A stretch of DNA of 64,000 nucleotides from Candidatus Aldehydirespirator sp. (GCA_965221215.1 OZ244872.1:3288862-3352861); one strand, 5' to 3'; shown: positions 7,966 through 17,666, numbered from the stretch's first letter. Numbers and translations: made by a program. The notes: generated from the sequence alone by a model not told the origin.

Positions 7966-8735
7966 GCCTCGCCGCGGCTGCCGCGGCCGTGCTGGTGCTA
8001 GCCGTGCTCGACGTGACCGCGGCCTCAAGCCGCAGCGTGCGCCGCAGGCTGCGCCGCGCCGACCGACCCACTCGCCGCGTTCTCACAAGTGCGCTGTCGA
8101 GGTTGGGCCGCTGGCTGTCGAGAGGCACCGCAGATCCCGAGGACGAGGCTCTCGGCGGCATCGCAGCCCTTGCCGTCGTGATCGCGGCGGCAACGCTGGG
8201 TGCGGTGGCAGGCATCGCCGCGTTGTTGGCGGCGGCGGGCACGATCGTCGCCCGCCGCCGATCCCGACAGCGCCAGCGCGTCATGAGGATCGACCGTCAC
8301 CTGCCCGAGGTGATCGATCTGCTGGGCCTGGTGGTCGGAGCGGGCCGGCCCACGGTGTCGGCTCTGGCCGACGTCGGTCCCCGAGTGGCCGAGCCGTTCC
8401 GGTCCGAGCTGTTGGCGGTGGTGCGGCGCACCGCCGCCGGGGAGCCGTTCGTCGACGCGGTGCGGAGGCTGCGAGACAGCCTCGGCCCCAGCGTGTCGCC
8501 GGTGGTGCATGCCGTCACCGCGGCCGAGATCGACGGCACGCCGCTGCGGCCGGCCCTACAGCGGGCCGCCGACGAGGCCCATCGGCGGCGCCACATGCGG
8601 GCCCAGGAGGCCGCCCGGCGAGTTCCGGTGCTGATGCTGTTCCCGCTGGTGTTCTGCGTGCTGCCCGCCTTCTGTCTGCTGACGGTGGTCCCGCTGCTGG
8701 TGGGAACCGTCTCCGAGCTGAGCTTCCCGCCATGA
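7956..8735 (+). CDS. tadC: TadC-like platform protein (T2SS F-domain family)
   Basis: Pattern LPEVIDLLGLVVGAGRP...LRPALQRAADE... is typical of T2SSF domains. C-terminal TM segments. The start is ATG 7956 or GTG 7962, the latter overlapping the tadB stop. Confidence 0.7.
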   Translation: MGVSLAAAAAAVLVLAVLDVTAASSRSVRRRLRRADRPTRRVLTSALSRLGRWLSRGTADPEDEALGGIAALAVVIAAATLGAVAGIAALLAAAGTIVARRRSRQRQRVMRIDRHLPEVIDLLGLVVGAGRPTVSALADVGPRVAEPFRSELLAVVRRTAAGEPFVDAVRRLRDSLGPSVSPVVHAVTAAEIDGTPLRPALQRAADEAHRRRHMRAQEAARRVPVLMLFPLVFCVLPAFCLLTVVPLLVGTVSELSFPP

Positions 8736-8784
8736 CTGGCGCCAGCCGATGCCTGTCAGCCGATTGCATACGAAAGGAGAGATC

Positions 8785-8997
8785 ATGTTCCTGCGCATTT
8801 TCACGGTGCTGGTGACGCGCGGCAGCTTGGCGCGCCGCCGGCTCGACGAGCGGGGCCAGACCACCGCCGAGTACGCCCTGGTGCTGGTGGGCGCGGCCGC
8901 AGTGGCAGTGCTGTTGCTGACCTGGGCCACCGGCTCGGGCCGGATCGCCTGGCTGCTCGACAAGATGGTCGACACCATCGCCAACATGGTCAACTGA
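8785..8997 (+). CDS. Flp-type pilin (DUF4244-like)
   Basis: 70 aa. AAGGAGAG RBS before ATG 8785. Prepilin site G/QTTAEY followed by the hydrophobic helix ALVLVGAAAVAVLLL. Confidence 0.7.
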   Translation: MFLRIFTVLVTRGSLARRRLDERGQTTAEYALVLVGAAAVAVLLLTWATGSGRIAWLLDKMVDTIANMVN

Positions 8998-9000
8998 CCG

Positions 9001-9429
9001 GTGGGTGCCGCTCGGCCCTTGCTCCGCGCGCGGCCACACCCGACCGGAGGACCTGCCGGCGTCGGGCCGCGGCGGTCGAGGCAGGCGGGACAGGCGACGG
9101 TTGAGTTCGCTCTGGTGATGCCGTTCTTCGCGCTGCTGCTGCTGGCCGTCGTGCAGGTGGGTCTGCTGGTGCGGACTCGGGTGCTGGTCACCCACTCGGC
9201 CCGGGAGGCGGCCCGGGTGGCCGCGGTCGGCGCCAACGACGGCGAGGTGCGCTCGGCCGCAGTGGCGGCGGCCGATCTTCACCCTGGGCGCCTGGTGGTG
9301 GAGGTGCGACGAGCCGACGGCAAGGCGACGGTCCGGCTGCGCTACACCGATCCCACCGACGTGCCGCTGGTGGGGCCTCTGGTGGGGGACGCAGTGTTCG
9401 AGGCCCGAGCCACCATGCGCCTCGAGTAG
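9001..9429 (+). CDS. TadE-like pseudopilin
   Basis: G/QATVEF ALVMPFFALLLLAVVQV is the TadE N-terminal motif. It starts 3 nt after the flp stop. Confidence 0.7.
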   Translation: MGAARPLLRARPHPTGGPAGVGPRRSRQAGQATVEFALVMPFFALLLLAVVQVGLLVRTRVLVTHSAREAARVAAVGANDGEVRSAAVAAADLHPGRLVVEVRRADGKATVRLRYTDPTDVPLVGPLVGDAVFEARATMRLE

Positions 9430-9489
9430 CGGCTCGCGCCACCTCGAGTAGCGCCGAGTCGATCCTCTCAGGCGGTACCGTCTTGTCTT

Positions 9490-9861
9490 GTGTCCGTCAC
9501 GATCCGGCGCTGCGAGAAGCCGCCTTGGACCGTGCTGAGCGTCGGCGGCGACCTCGATGTCGTCGGGGCCCCGGACCTGCGCCAGGCGGTGGTGGCCGCG
9601 GTAGCCGAGGGCGCCCGCCTGCTGGCCCTCGACCTGTCGAGCCTGGACTTCGTCGACTCGTTCGGCATCGGCGCGGTGGTCGGCGCGCTCAAACGGCTGC
9701 GCCAGCGGGGCGGCGACCTGGCGGTGGTGTGCCCGACGCCGCGCATCCGCCGGGTGTTCGAGATCTGCGACCTCGACAAGATCCTGGCCCTTCACGACTC
9801 CATCGACCGCGTCGGCTCGATCGAGCCGACCGGAAGCAAGGCCGAGTCGAGACGGCCATGA
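9490..9861 (+). CDS. STAS-domain anti-sigma-factor antagonist (SpoIIAA/RsbV family)
   Basis: 123 aa. Motifs LDLSSLDFVDSFGIGAVVGALKR and FEICDLDKILAL. Confidence 0.85.
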   Translation: MSVTIRRCEKPPWTVLSVGGDLDVVGAPDLRQAVVAAVAEGARLLALDLSSLDFVDSFGIGAVVGALKRLRQRGGDLAVVCPTPRIRRVFEICDLDKILALHDSIDRVGSIEPTGSKAESRRP

Positions 9862-10295
9862 GCGGCCGCGTCGAAATCGAGATCCCGGCCCGGGCCGACT
9901 ACGTGTCGCTGGTGCGGCTCGTGGTGGCCGCCGCCGCCGAGCTGGAGTCCGGCCTGGATCCGCCTCGGGTCGACGATCTGCGGGTGGCCGTGTCGGAGGC
10001 CACCACCAACGCCATACAGGCCCACATCCGCTCGGGATGCACCCATCCCGTGAGGGTGTGCTGCCAGTGTGCCGATCAGGCGGTGTCGGTGACGGTCAGC
10101 GACTGTGGACCCGGCTTCGATGTGGAGGCACTGCCGGAGATGCCGCCGCCAGACTCCCCGGCCCGGCTCGGCCGCGAGTCCGGGATGGGGATCTCGATCA
10201 TCCGGGCCCTGTCCGACAGTGTGGACATCAGATCCGGCCCCCAGGGAACCGAGCTGCACCTCGTGCTGGGTCAGCGCCAGCCCGCCGACACCTGA
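9858..10295 (+). CDS. anti-sigma-factor serine kinase-like protein (RsbW/SpoIIAB HATPase_c)
   Basis: ATG 9858 overlaps the STAS stop (ATGA). Motifs VAVSEATTNAIQH (N-box-like) and DCGPGF...GMGISII (G-boxes). Confidence 0.8.
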   Translation: MSGRVEIEIPARADYVSLVRLVVAAAAELESGLDPPRVDDLRVAVSEATTNAIQAHIRSGCTHPVRVCCQCADQAVSVTVSDCGPGFDVEALPEMPPPDSPARLGRESGMGISIIRALSDSVDIRSGPQGTELHLVLGQRQPADT

Positions 10296-10296
10296 C

Positions 10297-10316
10297 GGAG
10301 GCAGATCGAATAGGCG
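10297..10316 (-). repeat. partial copy of the CGCCTATTCG-containing repeat family
   Basis: The reverse complement CGCCTATTCGATCTGCCTCC matches 16 of 20 nt of the 3' end of the repeats at 36.6 and 37.5 kb. It lies between convergent gene ends. Confidence 0.4.
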
Positions 10317-10346
10317 CGCAGCCGAGCCGCGCCGCTGGCGTGGACG

Positions 10347-10670
10347 TCAGGCACCGTGCTGCTCGTCGGCGCCCAGGTCGTCTTGGGCTAAGTGGTCGAT
10401 TCTGTCGGTGCGATGCACGGCTCGCAGCAGCAGGTGGGCCACGATCGGCAGCGTGAGGATCATGGCGCCCGCCGCGATGGCCAGGTAGGCGAACCCGCGC
10501 CAGCCGAGCAGGGGAGCGGCCCCGACCGACATCAGCAGCAGCGACACCGGGCTGGCCTTGCCGGCGGCCTGGATCCGGGCGAACGGCGTCGAGAATCGCA
10601 GCAGCCCGATGCCGGCCAGCACGGCGATGGCCGCACCGGCCACCATCACCAGTTCGGCGACGACCCTCAT
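10347..10670 (-). CDS. mnhG: Na+/H+ antiporter Mrp subunit G
   Basis: 107 aa with 3 TM segments. AVLAGIGLLRF...ARIQAAGKA is an MnhG/PhaG signature. Last gene of the mnhA-G operon. Confidence 0.8.
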   Translation of the reverse strand: MRVVAELVMVAGAAIAVLAGIGLLRFSTPFARIQAAGKASPVSLLLMSVGAAPLLGWRGFAYLAIAAGAMILTLPIVAHLLLRAVHRTDRIDHLAQDDLGADEQHGA

Positions 10671-10942
10671 GGCGCAGCCCTGTCGTTCGCGCCGTCGGCG
10701 TCGCGCTCCAGGAAGCGGCTGGCCGCGAACGTCCCCGCCAGCCCGACCAGGGCGATCACGGTGATGATCGGCAGAAGGGCGAGGCTGTCGCGGGCGGTGG
10801 CGTCGATGACGATGCCCCCGGCCAGAGAGACCAGGGCCACCTCCACGCCGATCACCCGGTCGGCCAGGCTCGGGCCGCGCAGCACCCGGTAGAGAGCGCA
10901 GAGCCCCGAAGCCGCGAATCCGGCCGCGGCCAGCGCGATCAT
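10667..10942 (-). CDS. mnhF: Mrp antiporter subunit F
   Basis: 91-aa C-terminal part of the track ORF, starting at MIALAAAGF. YRVLRGPSLADRVIG is an MnhF signature. It overlaps the mnhG start. Confidence 0.75.
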   Translation of the reverse strand: MIALAAAGFAASGLCALYRVLRGPSLADRVIGVEVALVSLAGGIVIDATARDSLALLPIITVIALVGLAGTFAASRFLERDADGANDRAAP

Positions 10943-11006
10943 CTTGCGCCCCCCGCGGCGACCGGCATGCTGTGGGGGCCTCGGGCCAATCCAGCGACTA
11001 CAGCCA

Positions 11007-11555
11007 TCATCTCGCCCCCATGGGATTGGAGGTTGGCAGGGCCGCGCAGGCCAGCCTGGCCAGCTCGTGGGCGTGGGCCACCGTCTCGGCGCGCAGGCGA
11101 CCGTGTAGGAGGTGTATGTAGTAGCGGCCCACCGATCGGTCGACGTCCACCACCGCCGTCCCCGGACTGAGGGTGATCGACGCCGACAGCAGCAGCATGT
11201 GCTCGCTGCCGGTGGCGGGCAGGTCGACCGCGACGATGACCTCCTCGGTGCCGTCGTTGGGGGTGGCGATCTCGATGGCCACATTGATGGTGGAGCGGGC
11301 GAGGTCGCCCAAGACCAGCCAAGCAAACTTGAGCAGGGGCCGAAAGCGGATCACCCGACGGGCCGTCGGCGCCCTGTCGGTGGCCAGCACCACCACCGAC
11401 AGGGCCAGACCGGATGCCAGGTTGGCGATCGACACCGATCCCCACAGGCCGCACCACACCATAACGAGGCCGGCCGTGGTCGCGGCCCGCCGGGGCATCC
11501 CAGGGAATCGCCTCATGACTGGACCGCCGCGATGCAAGAAGCCGTCGGCGTCCAC
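11007..11555 (-). CDS. mnhE: Mrp antiporter subunit E
   Basis: LVMVWCGLWGSVSIANLASG...LKFAWLVLGDLARSTINVA is MnhE-like. The start could instead be ATG 11516. Confidence 0.7.
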   Translation of the reverse strand: MDADGFLHRGGPVMRRFPGMPRRAATTAGLVMVWCGLWGSVSIANLASGLALSVVVLATDRAPTARRVIRFRPLLKFAWLVLGDLARSTINVAIEIATPNDGTEEVIVAVDLPATGSEHMLLLSASITLSPGTAVVDVDRSVGRYYIHLLHGRLRAETVAHAHELARLACAALPTSNPMGAR

Positions 11556-11583
11556 CAGGGGTGCAGCCCTCCGGAGTGGCGCC

Positions 11584-13065
11584 TCACGACCGGACCGCCG
11601 CGATGTAGGCCTCGGGATTGCGCAGGTCCTCGGCTGCCTCGGTGGAGAGGTCCAGCAGCGTTCCCGCGAACAGCGACACGGTCAGGGTGCCCGCCACCGC
11701 CAGCGCGGTGGCGGCATGCATGGTGTGCCTGCCCCGGCGCGGCGCGGGGCTGGGGCGGGGACCGTCGGCGGGCCTGCCCCAGAAGACCTCGTTCCAGATC
11801 TTGGCCATCGACATCAGGGTCAGGCCCCCGGCCACCAGCGCGGCCACCACGACCACGGTCTCGGCCTGGTCGATGGCGGCTGACACCACCGCCAGTTTGG
11901 CCACGAAGCCCGAGAAGGGCGGGATCCCGGCCAGGCTCAGAGCCGGTATTGCGAACATCACCGCCACCAGCGGCTCACGGCCGGCCAGACCGCCGGAGCG
12001 GTCCAGCGAGCTTGAGCCCTCATGGTTCTCGATCAGGCCGCCCACCAGGAACAGCACGGCCTTGACCGGCATGTGGTGGATCAAGAACAGGATGGCGCCG
12101 GCGGTGCCCGCCACGGTGAAGAGGCTGAGGCCCATGAACATGTAGCCGATCTGGCTGATGACGTGGAACGACAGGATGCGCTTCACGTCGGACTGGGCCA
12201 GCGCCCCGAGAACGCCGACCACCATGGTGAGGGCGGCCACCAGCAGCATGATCGGCCCCAGGTCGTCCATCCCCATCAGATTGTGGAACCGGATCATCGA
12301 GTAGATCCCGACCTTGGTCAGCAAGCCGGCGAACACGGCGGTGATGGTGGTGGGGGCGGTGGGATACGAGTCCGGCAGCCAGCTGAACAGCGGGAACACC
12401 GCGGCCTTGGTGCCGAACACCACCAGGAACCAGGCGCCGATACCGAGCCGGACCCCGTCCTCCAGCTGCGGGATCCGCTCGGCCAGCAGCGCCATGTTCA
12501 CCGTGCCGGTGGCTGCGTACACGAAGGCCACGCCGAACAGGAACAGCGTCGAGGCCAGCAGGTTCATCACCACGTAGGTCATGCCGGCGCGGACCTGGCT
12601 GCGGTTGCCCTGATGGGTGAGCAGCACGTAGCTGGAGACCAGGATCAGCTCGAAGGCGACGAAGAGGGTGAACAGGTCGCCGGTGAGAAAGGCCAGCGAC
12701 ACCCCGGAGGTGAGCACGCACAGCAACGGCCCGCTCGAGGTGGGATTGGCGGCCCACACCGTGCGGCGCTGGCCGATGGCGAAGATCTCCACCACGAAGA
12801 TGATGGTCAGCGCCACCGGAAGGATCAGTGCCGCGAACAGGTCGGCCACCAAGACGATGCCGAGTTCGGGCGCCCATCCGCCGACCGCCACGGTATGGGT
12901 GCCGTCGCGGGCAACGGTCGCCAGCATGATGAGCGAGGCCAGCGCGGCCGAGCCCAGGCCGGCAAGCACGGCTATGTCGCGCCCGATGGGGATCGAGCGC
13001 ACCGCCAGGCTGCAGGCCGCCGCCAGCAGCGGCGCCACGATGGCGATGGAGATCAACGCTGTCAT
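11584..13065 (-). CDS. mnhD: Mrp antiporter subunit D (NuoN/NuoM-like)
   Basis: 493 aa, polytopic, proton-conducting membrane transporter family pattern (WLPDSYPTAPTTITAVFAGLLTKVG). Confidence 0.9.
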   Translation of the reverse strand: MTALISIAIVAPLLAAACSLAVRSIPIGRDIAVLAGLGSAALASLIMLATVARDGTHTVAVGGWAPELGIVLVADLFAALILPVALTIIFVVEIFAIGQRRTVWAANPTSSGPLLCVLTSGVSLAFLTGDLFTLFVAFELILVSSYVLLTHQGNRSQVRAGMTYVVMNLLASTLFLFGVAFVYAATGTVNMALLAERIPQLEDGVRLGIGAWFLVVFGTKAAVFPLFSWLPDSYPTAPTTITAVFAGLLTKVGIYSMIRFHNLMGMDDLGPIMLLVAALTMVVGVLGALAQSDVKRILSFHVISQIGYMFMGLSLFTVAGTAGAILFLIHHMPVKAVLFLVGGLIENHEGSSSLDRSGGLAGREPLVAVMFAIPALSLAGIPPFSGFVAKLAVVSAAIDQAETVVVVAALVAGGLTLMSMAKIWNEVFWGRPADGPRPSPAPRRGRHTMHAATALAVAGTLTVSLFAGTLLDLSTEAAEDLRNPEAYIAAVRS

Positions 13066-13436
13066 CGCGCCCCGGCCTCCCCGGCCCCCTCGGCGGCGGC
13101 GATGCGGCGGTCCTCGAGGTCGTCCTCCACCAGATCGTCGCCCGAGAGGGTCCGCTGGCGCCGGGCCAGCGCCAGCAGGAACAGCGTCAAGCCGAACGAG
13201 ATCACGATGGCGGTCAGGGTCAGAGCCTGCGGCAGCGGGTTGGCCATGTCTTCCGGCGCGCCGCCGCCGGCGATGGGGGCCCGGCCGGCCCGGCCCCCGG
13301 CGGTGATCAGCGCCACCACGGTGGCGTGCCCCAGCAGGGAGTAGCCGAGGACGATCCGGCTCAGCGACCGCCCGGTCAACAGGTACAGCCCGACCGCGGT
13401 CAAACCGCCGACGGCCAGCAGCAGAGCGGCGTTCAC
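13062..13436 (-). CDS. mnhC: Mrp antiporter subunit C (NuoK-like)
   Basis: GTG 13436 overlaps the mnhB stop (GTGA). VNAALLLAVGGLTAVGLYLL...LTAIVISFG is NuoK/MnhC-like. The track ORF N-terminus is over-extended. Confidence 0.8.
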   Translation of the reverse strand: MNAALLLAVGGLTAVGLYLLTGRSLSRIVLGYSLLGHATVVALITAGGRAGRAPIAGGGAPEDMANPLPQALTLTAIVISFGLTLFLLALARRQRTLSGDDLVEDDLEDRRIAAAEGAGEAGAR

Positions 13437-13876
13437 TGCTGCTCCGCGGGGGTCTGCGGTTCGGCGGCGAACTCGGCCGCGCCCAGCCCGTCGAGCGCCG
13501 CTATCACGGTCCCGACGACGATGGCCGCCACGCCGAGGTCGAACGGCAGCGCGGAGCCGGTCTTCACCGTGCCCAGCAGCGGAACCTCCAGCGAGACCAC
13601 CTGCTGGTCGAACAGCACGCCGCCCCACAACAGCGGCATCAAGGCCACTGCGGCCACAACGAAGACGCCGGCCGCCACCAGCGTGATGCCGTAGGTGGGC
13701 CGGTGGAACCCGGCGACGGTCCGCAGTGCCAGCACCGCGCCGAACACCAGTCCCGCCGCGAACCCGCCGCCGGGGTTGTTGTGGCCCGCGAACAGCAGGT
13801 AGCAGCCGACGACGGTGGCGAACGGGCTGGCGGCCCGGATGCCGAGCCGGATCATGGAAGCAGCCCCGTCGGTCAT
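13433..13876 (-). CDS. mnhB: Mrp antiporter subunit B
   Basis: 147 aa. YLLFAGHNNPGGGFAAGLV is an MnhB-domain signature. Confidence 0.8.
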   Translation of the reverse strand: MTDGAASMIRLGIRAASPFATVVGCYLLFAGHNNPGGGFAAGLVFGAVLALRTVAGFHRPTYGITLVAAGVFVVAAVALMPLLWGGVLFDQQVVSLEVPLLGTVKTGSALPFDLGVAAIVVGTVIAALDGLGAAEFAAEPQTPAEQQ

Positions 13877-16224
13877 GCCGGCTCGCTGGCCGTGTCGGCG
13901 GATTGCTCGCTCAAAGTGTCGGAGGACTCAGAGCCGGAGGATGCCCGGGCGAGGGCCACCACACCGAGGGCGACGGTGGCCAGCACCAGGACCTCGCCCA
14001 GGGTGTCGAGGCCCCGTATGTCGGTGAGGATGACGTTGACGATGTTGCTGCCGCCTCCCTCGTTCACCGCGGCAGCGGCCATTTCAGCCACCGGCGACGT
14101 TCCGCTGGGGTTGGCGGACGCGGCCCCGAGCCCGATCATCACCGCCGCTCCGCCGAGCCCGGCAATGGCCATTCGCACCGCCCGCCACCGCAGGCCGGTG
14201 AGCGGGAAGCTGCGGGAGAGGTGGCCGAAGGCGAGCACGAAGCCGACCACGATGGTGGCCTCGACCAGCAGCTGGGTGAGGGCCAGGTCGGGGGCGCCGT
14301 GGATCACGAAGACAGCCGAGACCGCGATTCCGGCGCCTCCCAGCGCCAGCCCCGCGCCCAGGCGAGTGCCGACGAAGCACAGCGCGACGGCCGCCCCGAT
14401 GACGGCCGCGGCCAGCAACACCTGCAGCGGCCGGTGCCACACCACCAGGTGATCAACGCTGGCATCGGCCAGGAACGGGGTGGCGGCGAGGGCTGCGACC
14501 GAGGTCATGGTCACCAGATACACCGGCAGCGAGCCGTGCTGGACCCGGGCGCAGACGGCCCGGCCGAAGGCCACGGTCCCGTCGAGGGAGGCGTCGGTCC
14601 AGCGGCCGGCGAGATCCGCAGGCACCGGTACGGGCCGTCGGGCCACCGCCACACCCGCCAGCGCGCCGGCGGCCAGAACGACCGCCGAGATCCCCAGCTC
14701 CAGCGTGAGGCCGGGCCAGCGGTGCAGATGGCCGACCGCGGCGCCGCTCAGCCGGGCTGCGGCCTCCCCGACCAGATCGTCGACCACCCCAAGGGCCGCG
14801 TAGCCGGCCACCCCGGCCACCGCCAGGATCGCAGACGGTGCGGCCAACGCGGCGCGGCGCGGGGCCAGCGGCGTCGCCGGGCCAGCGCCGAACACCGCGA
14901 TCAGGAAGCGCACGGTGTAGGCCACCGTAAGCACCGAGCCGCCGATCACGCCGAAGCCGAAGATCCACGCTTCTGGACCCTCCAGGTCCAGCGCCGCCGC
15001 GATGGCGGTCTCCTTGGCCACGAACCCCAGCAGCGGCGGTGCCCCCGCCATCGACAGCCCGGCCAGCACCGCGGCGGCACAGGCACCCGGCATGGATCGG
15101 GCCAGGCCGCCCAACTCGTCGATGTTGCGGGTGCCGGCCCGCACGTCGATCTCCCCGACGATCAGGAACAGCGCCCCCTTGAACAGCGCATGGGCCACCA
15201 GCAGCGCCACCGCGGCCAGCACCGCGTAGGCCGTTCCCACGCTGAACAGGGTGATCATCATGCCCAGCTGCGAGACGGTGCCCCAGGCCAGGATCAGCTT
15301 GGCGTCGCGGTGGCGCAGCGCCCCGAGCGCCCCCCAGAAGATCGACGCGATACCGAAGGCGAGGCCCAGCGCCTTCCAGGCCGCCAGCGAGCCGAGGGCG
15401 GGGCCGGCCACCGCCACCAGCACCACCCCGGCCTTCACCATGGTGGCCGAGTGGAGGTAGGCGCTCACCGGGGTGGGGGCGACCATCGCCCCCGGCAGCC
15501 AGGCGTGGAAGGGAACCTGGGCCGATTTGGTGGCCGCCGCCACCATCACCAGCACCGCGCCCACCACCGCCGAGGTGCCCTGCACCGGGCCCAGATCGCT
15601 GAGCAGGGTGGCGTCGGCGGCCCGGGTCACCAGCAGCAGTCCGGCCAGCAGGGCGAGGCCGCCTCCGCCGGTGACCATCAGCGCCCGCCGGGCCGCGGCG
15701 AGCACGCCGGCGTCGGTGCTCTTGTGGCCGACCAGCAGGAAAGACGTCACCGACGTCAGCTCCCAGAATACGAACAGCGACCACACCGAGTCCGACCAGA
15801 CCAGGCCCAGCATCGCCGCCGAGAAGGCCAGCAGAGTGGTGGCGAACCGCCCCACCGCGGGGTCGGCGACCGAGAAGTATCCGAAGGCGTACACGAAAAC
15901 GGCGACCCCGATCCCCGACACGATCAGGGTCATGATCTCGGCGAAGGCGTCCACCCGGAAGGTCATGGCCAGATCGAGGCCGTCCACCCAGCTCACATGG
16001 GCCACCGCCGGCTCTTCGCCGCCGAGCCGGGTCACGCCCCACACCGTGGCGGCCGCGGGGGGCACGGCGGCCACCAGCAGGCTGCCGCGGCCCAGACGGC
16101 GCCCGGCCGCGGCCAGCACCAAGCACACCGCCGCGTGCGATAGGAGCAGTCCGCCGATCACAGCAGTCCGCCGGCGCTCGGTGGCATGAGGCAGTTTAGG
16201 GGCCGAGCGAATTGGCAGGGGCAA
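13873..16224 (-). CDS. mnhA: Mrp antiporter subunit A (NuoL-like with C-terminal MnhB-like extension)
   Basis: 783 aa, polytopic, NuoL-type motifs (SAYLHSATMVKAGVVL). An alternative GTG start lies at 16161. Confidence 0.9.
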   Translation of the reverse strand: MPLPIRSAPKLPHATERRRTAVIGGLLLSHAAVCLVLAAAGRRLGRGSLLVAAVPPAAATVWGVTRLGGEEPAVAHVSWVDGLDLAMTFRVDAFAEIMTLIVSGIGVAVFVYAFGYFSVADPAVGRFATTLLAFSAAMLGLVWSDSVWSLFVFWELTSVTSFLLVGHKSTDAGVLAAARRALMVTGGGGLALLAGLLLVTRAADATLLSDLGPVQGTSAVVGAVLVMVAAATKSAQVPFHAWLPGAMVAPTPVSAYLHSATMVKAGVVLVAVAGPALGSLAAWKALGLAFGIASIFWGALGALRHRDAKLILAWGTVSQLGMMITLFSVGTAYAVLAAVALLVAHALFKGALFLIVGEIDVRAGTRNIDELGGLARSMPGACAAAVLAGLSMAGAPPLLGFVAKETAIAAALDLEGPEAWIFGFGVIGGSVLTVAYTVRFLIAVFGAGPATPLAPRRAALAAPSAILAVAGVAGYAALGVVDDLVGEAAARLSGAAVGHLHRWPGLTLELGISAVVLAAGALAGVAVARRPVPVPADLAGRWTDASLDGTVAFGRAVCARVQHGSLPVYLVTMTSVAALAATPFLADASVDHLVVWHRPLQVLLAAAVIGAAVALCFVGTRLGAGLALGGAGIAVSAVFVIHGAPDLALTQLLVEATIVVGFVLAFGHLSRSFPLTGLRWRAVRMAIAGLGGAAVMIGLGAASANPSGTSPVAEMAAAAVNEGGGSNIVNVILTDIRGLDTLGEVLVLATVALGVVALARASSGSESSDTLSEQSADTASEPA

Positions 16225-16316
16225 GCGGTGGGGCGCTGCGGTCGCCGCTGCCGACCGGCGAGCGAGGCGCCAAGAGAGCGCGGCGGACCGTTCGCATTAC
16301 GGTATGGCTCGATCCG

Positions 16317-17666
16317 ATGGCCTCCGAGGACACAGACCGCACGGACGCCTATGAGCCGTCCCCGCTGACCTGGATCGGCAGCGACCGCCGACTGGCCCGG
16401 CGGATCGGCAGGCCGATGCTGCGCTTCTTCCACTATCAGGCCGGCGGCGGCATCGTGATGCTGGTGGCGGCGGCGGTGGCGCTGGTGTGGGCCAACTCCC
16501 CCTGGCGGGACTCCTACCACGCCCTGCTCGACAGCCACGCCCGGCTGGAGATCGGCAGCCTGCTGGTGATCGACGAGCCCCTCGAGGAGTGGATCAACAA
16601 CGCGCTGATGGTGGTGTTCTTCTTCGTGGTCGGCCTCGAGATCAAACGCGAGCTGGTGGTGGGCGAGCTGCGCAGGCCCGCGGCCGCCGCGCTGCCCGCC
16701 GTCGCCGCCCTGGGCGGGATGGTGGTGCCCGCGGCGATCTACGCCGCCTTCAACGCGGGCGGCGCCGGCGCCGACGGCTGGGGGATCCCGATGGCCACCG
16801 ACATCGCCTTCGCGGTGGGGGTGGTCACCCTGCTCGGCAATCGGGTGTCGAGCTCGCTGAAGGTGTTCCTGCTCACCCTGGCCATCGTGGACGACATCGG
16901 GGCCATCGCGGTGATCGCCATCTTCTACACCAGCGACATCTCGTTCGGCTGGCTGGCGGTGTCGGCCGGGATCGTGCTGCTGCTGGTGCTGATGCGGCTG
17001 GCCCGCCTCTGGTACACGCCGGTCTACTTCGTGGTGGGGACGGCGTTCTGGCTGGCGCTGTTCGAGTCGGGGATCCACGCCACCATCGTCGGGGTGGCGA
17101 TGGGCATGTTCGCCCCGGCGCGCCCGCTGATGGGCCGGACCTGGCTCAACCCGCTGGCCCCGGAGGACTCGGTCGACGCGGCTGCGGCTCGGCGGACCCT
17201 GTTCGAGGTGCGCGAGCGGGTGGCGGTCACCGACCGGCTCGGCGACATACTGCGCCCCTGGACCAGCTTCGTGATCGTGCCCGTGTTCGCGCTGGCCAAC
17301 GCCGGAGTGGAGCTGTCGTCGGACGCGCTCAGCGCCGCGGTGCGGTCGCCGGTCACGATCGGCATCGTGGTGGGCCTGGTGGTGGGCAAGCTGGCCGGGG
17401 TGGCCTCGTTCACCTGGCTGGCGGTGCGCCTCGGGCTGTGCGAGCTGCCCACCGGAGCCACCTGGCCCAAGATCGTCGGCCTCGGCGGCGTGGCGGGCAT
17501 CGGCTTCACCGTGTCGCTGTTCATCACCAACCTGGCCTTCGAGTCGGCCGCCATCATCGACGATGCCAAGATCGGCATCCTGGGCGCGTCCACCATCGCG
17601 GCTCTGATCGGCGCCGCTATCCTCCGCAGCTCTCGACCGGCGGGTTTGGATGGAACAGGCCGCTAG
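16317..17666 (+). CDS. nhaA: Na+/H+ antiporter NhaA
   Basis: EWINNALMVVFFFVVGLEIKRELVVGEL and IPMATDIAFAVGV are the NhaA hallmark. ATG 16317 chosen inside track ORF 16212-17666. Confidence 0.9.
   Translation: MASEDTDRTDAYEPSPLTWIGSDRRLARRIGRPMLRFFHYQAGGGIVMLVAAAVALVWANSPWRDSYHALLDSHARLEIGSLLVIDEPLEEWINNALMVVFFFVVGLEIKRELVVGELRRPAAAALPAVAALGGMVVPAAIYAAFNAGGAGADGWGIPMATDIAFAVGVVTLLGNRVSSSLKVFLLTLAIVDDIGAIAVIAIFYTSDISFGWLAVSAGIVLLLVLMRLARLWYTPVYFVVGTAFWLALFESGIHATIVGVAMGMFAPARPLMGRTWLNPLAPEDSVDAAAARRTLFEVRERVAVTDRLGDILRPWTSFVIVPVFALANAGVELSSDALSAAVRSPVTIGIVVGLVVGKLAGVASFTWLAVRLGLCELPTGATWPKIVGLGGVAGIGFTVSLFITNLAFESAAIIDDAKIGILGASTIAALIGAAILRSSRPAGLDGTGR

Noticed and set aside
16225-16316. Mrp operon plus nhaA as a horizontally acquired unit
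   Set aside because: Composition and codon usage look native. The divergent arrangement of two Na+/H+ antiporter systems is plausible core physiology. No mobility genes or repeats flank it.
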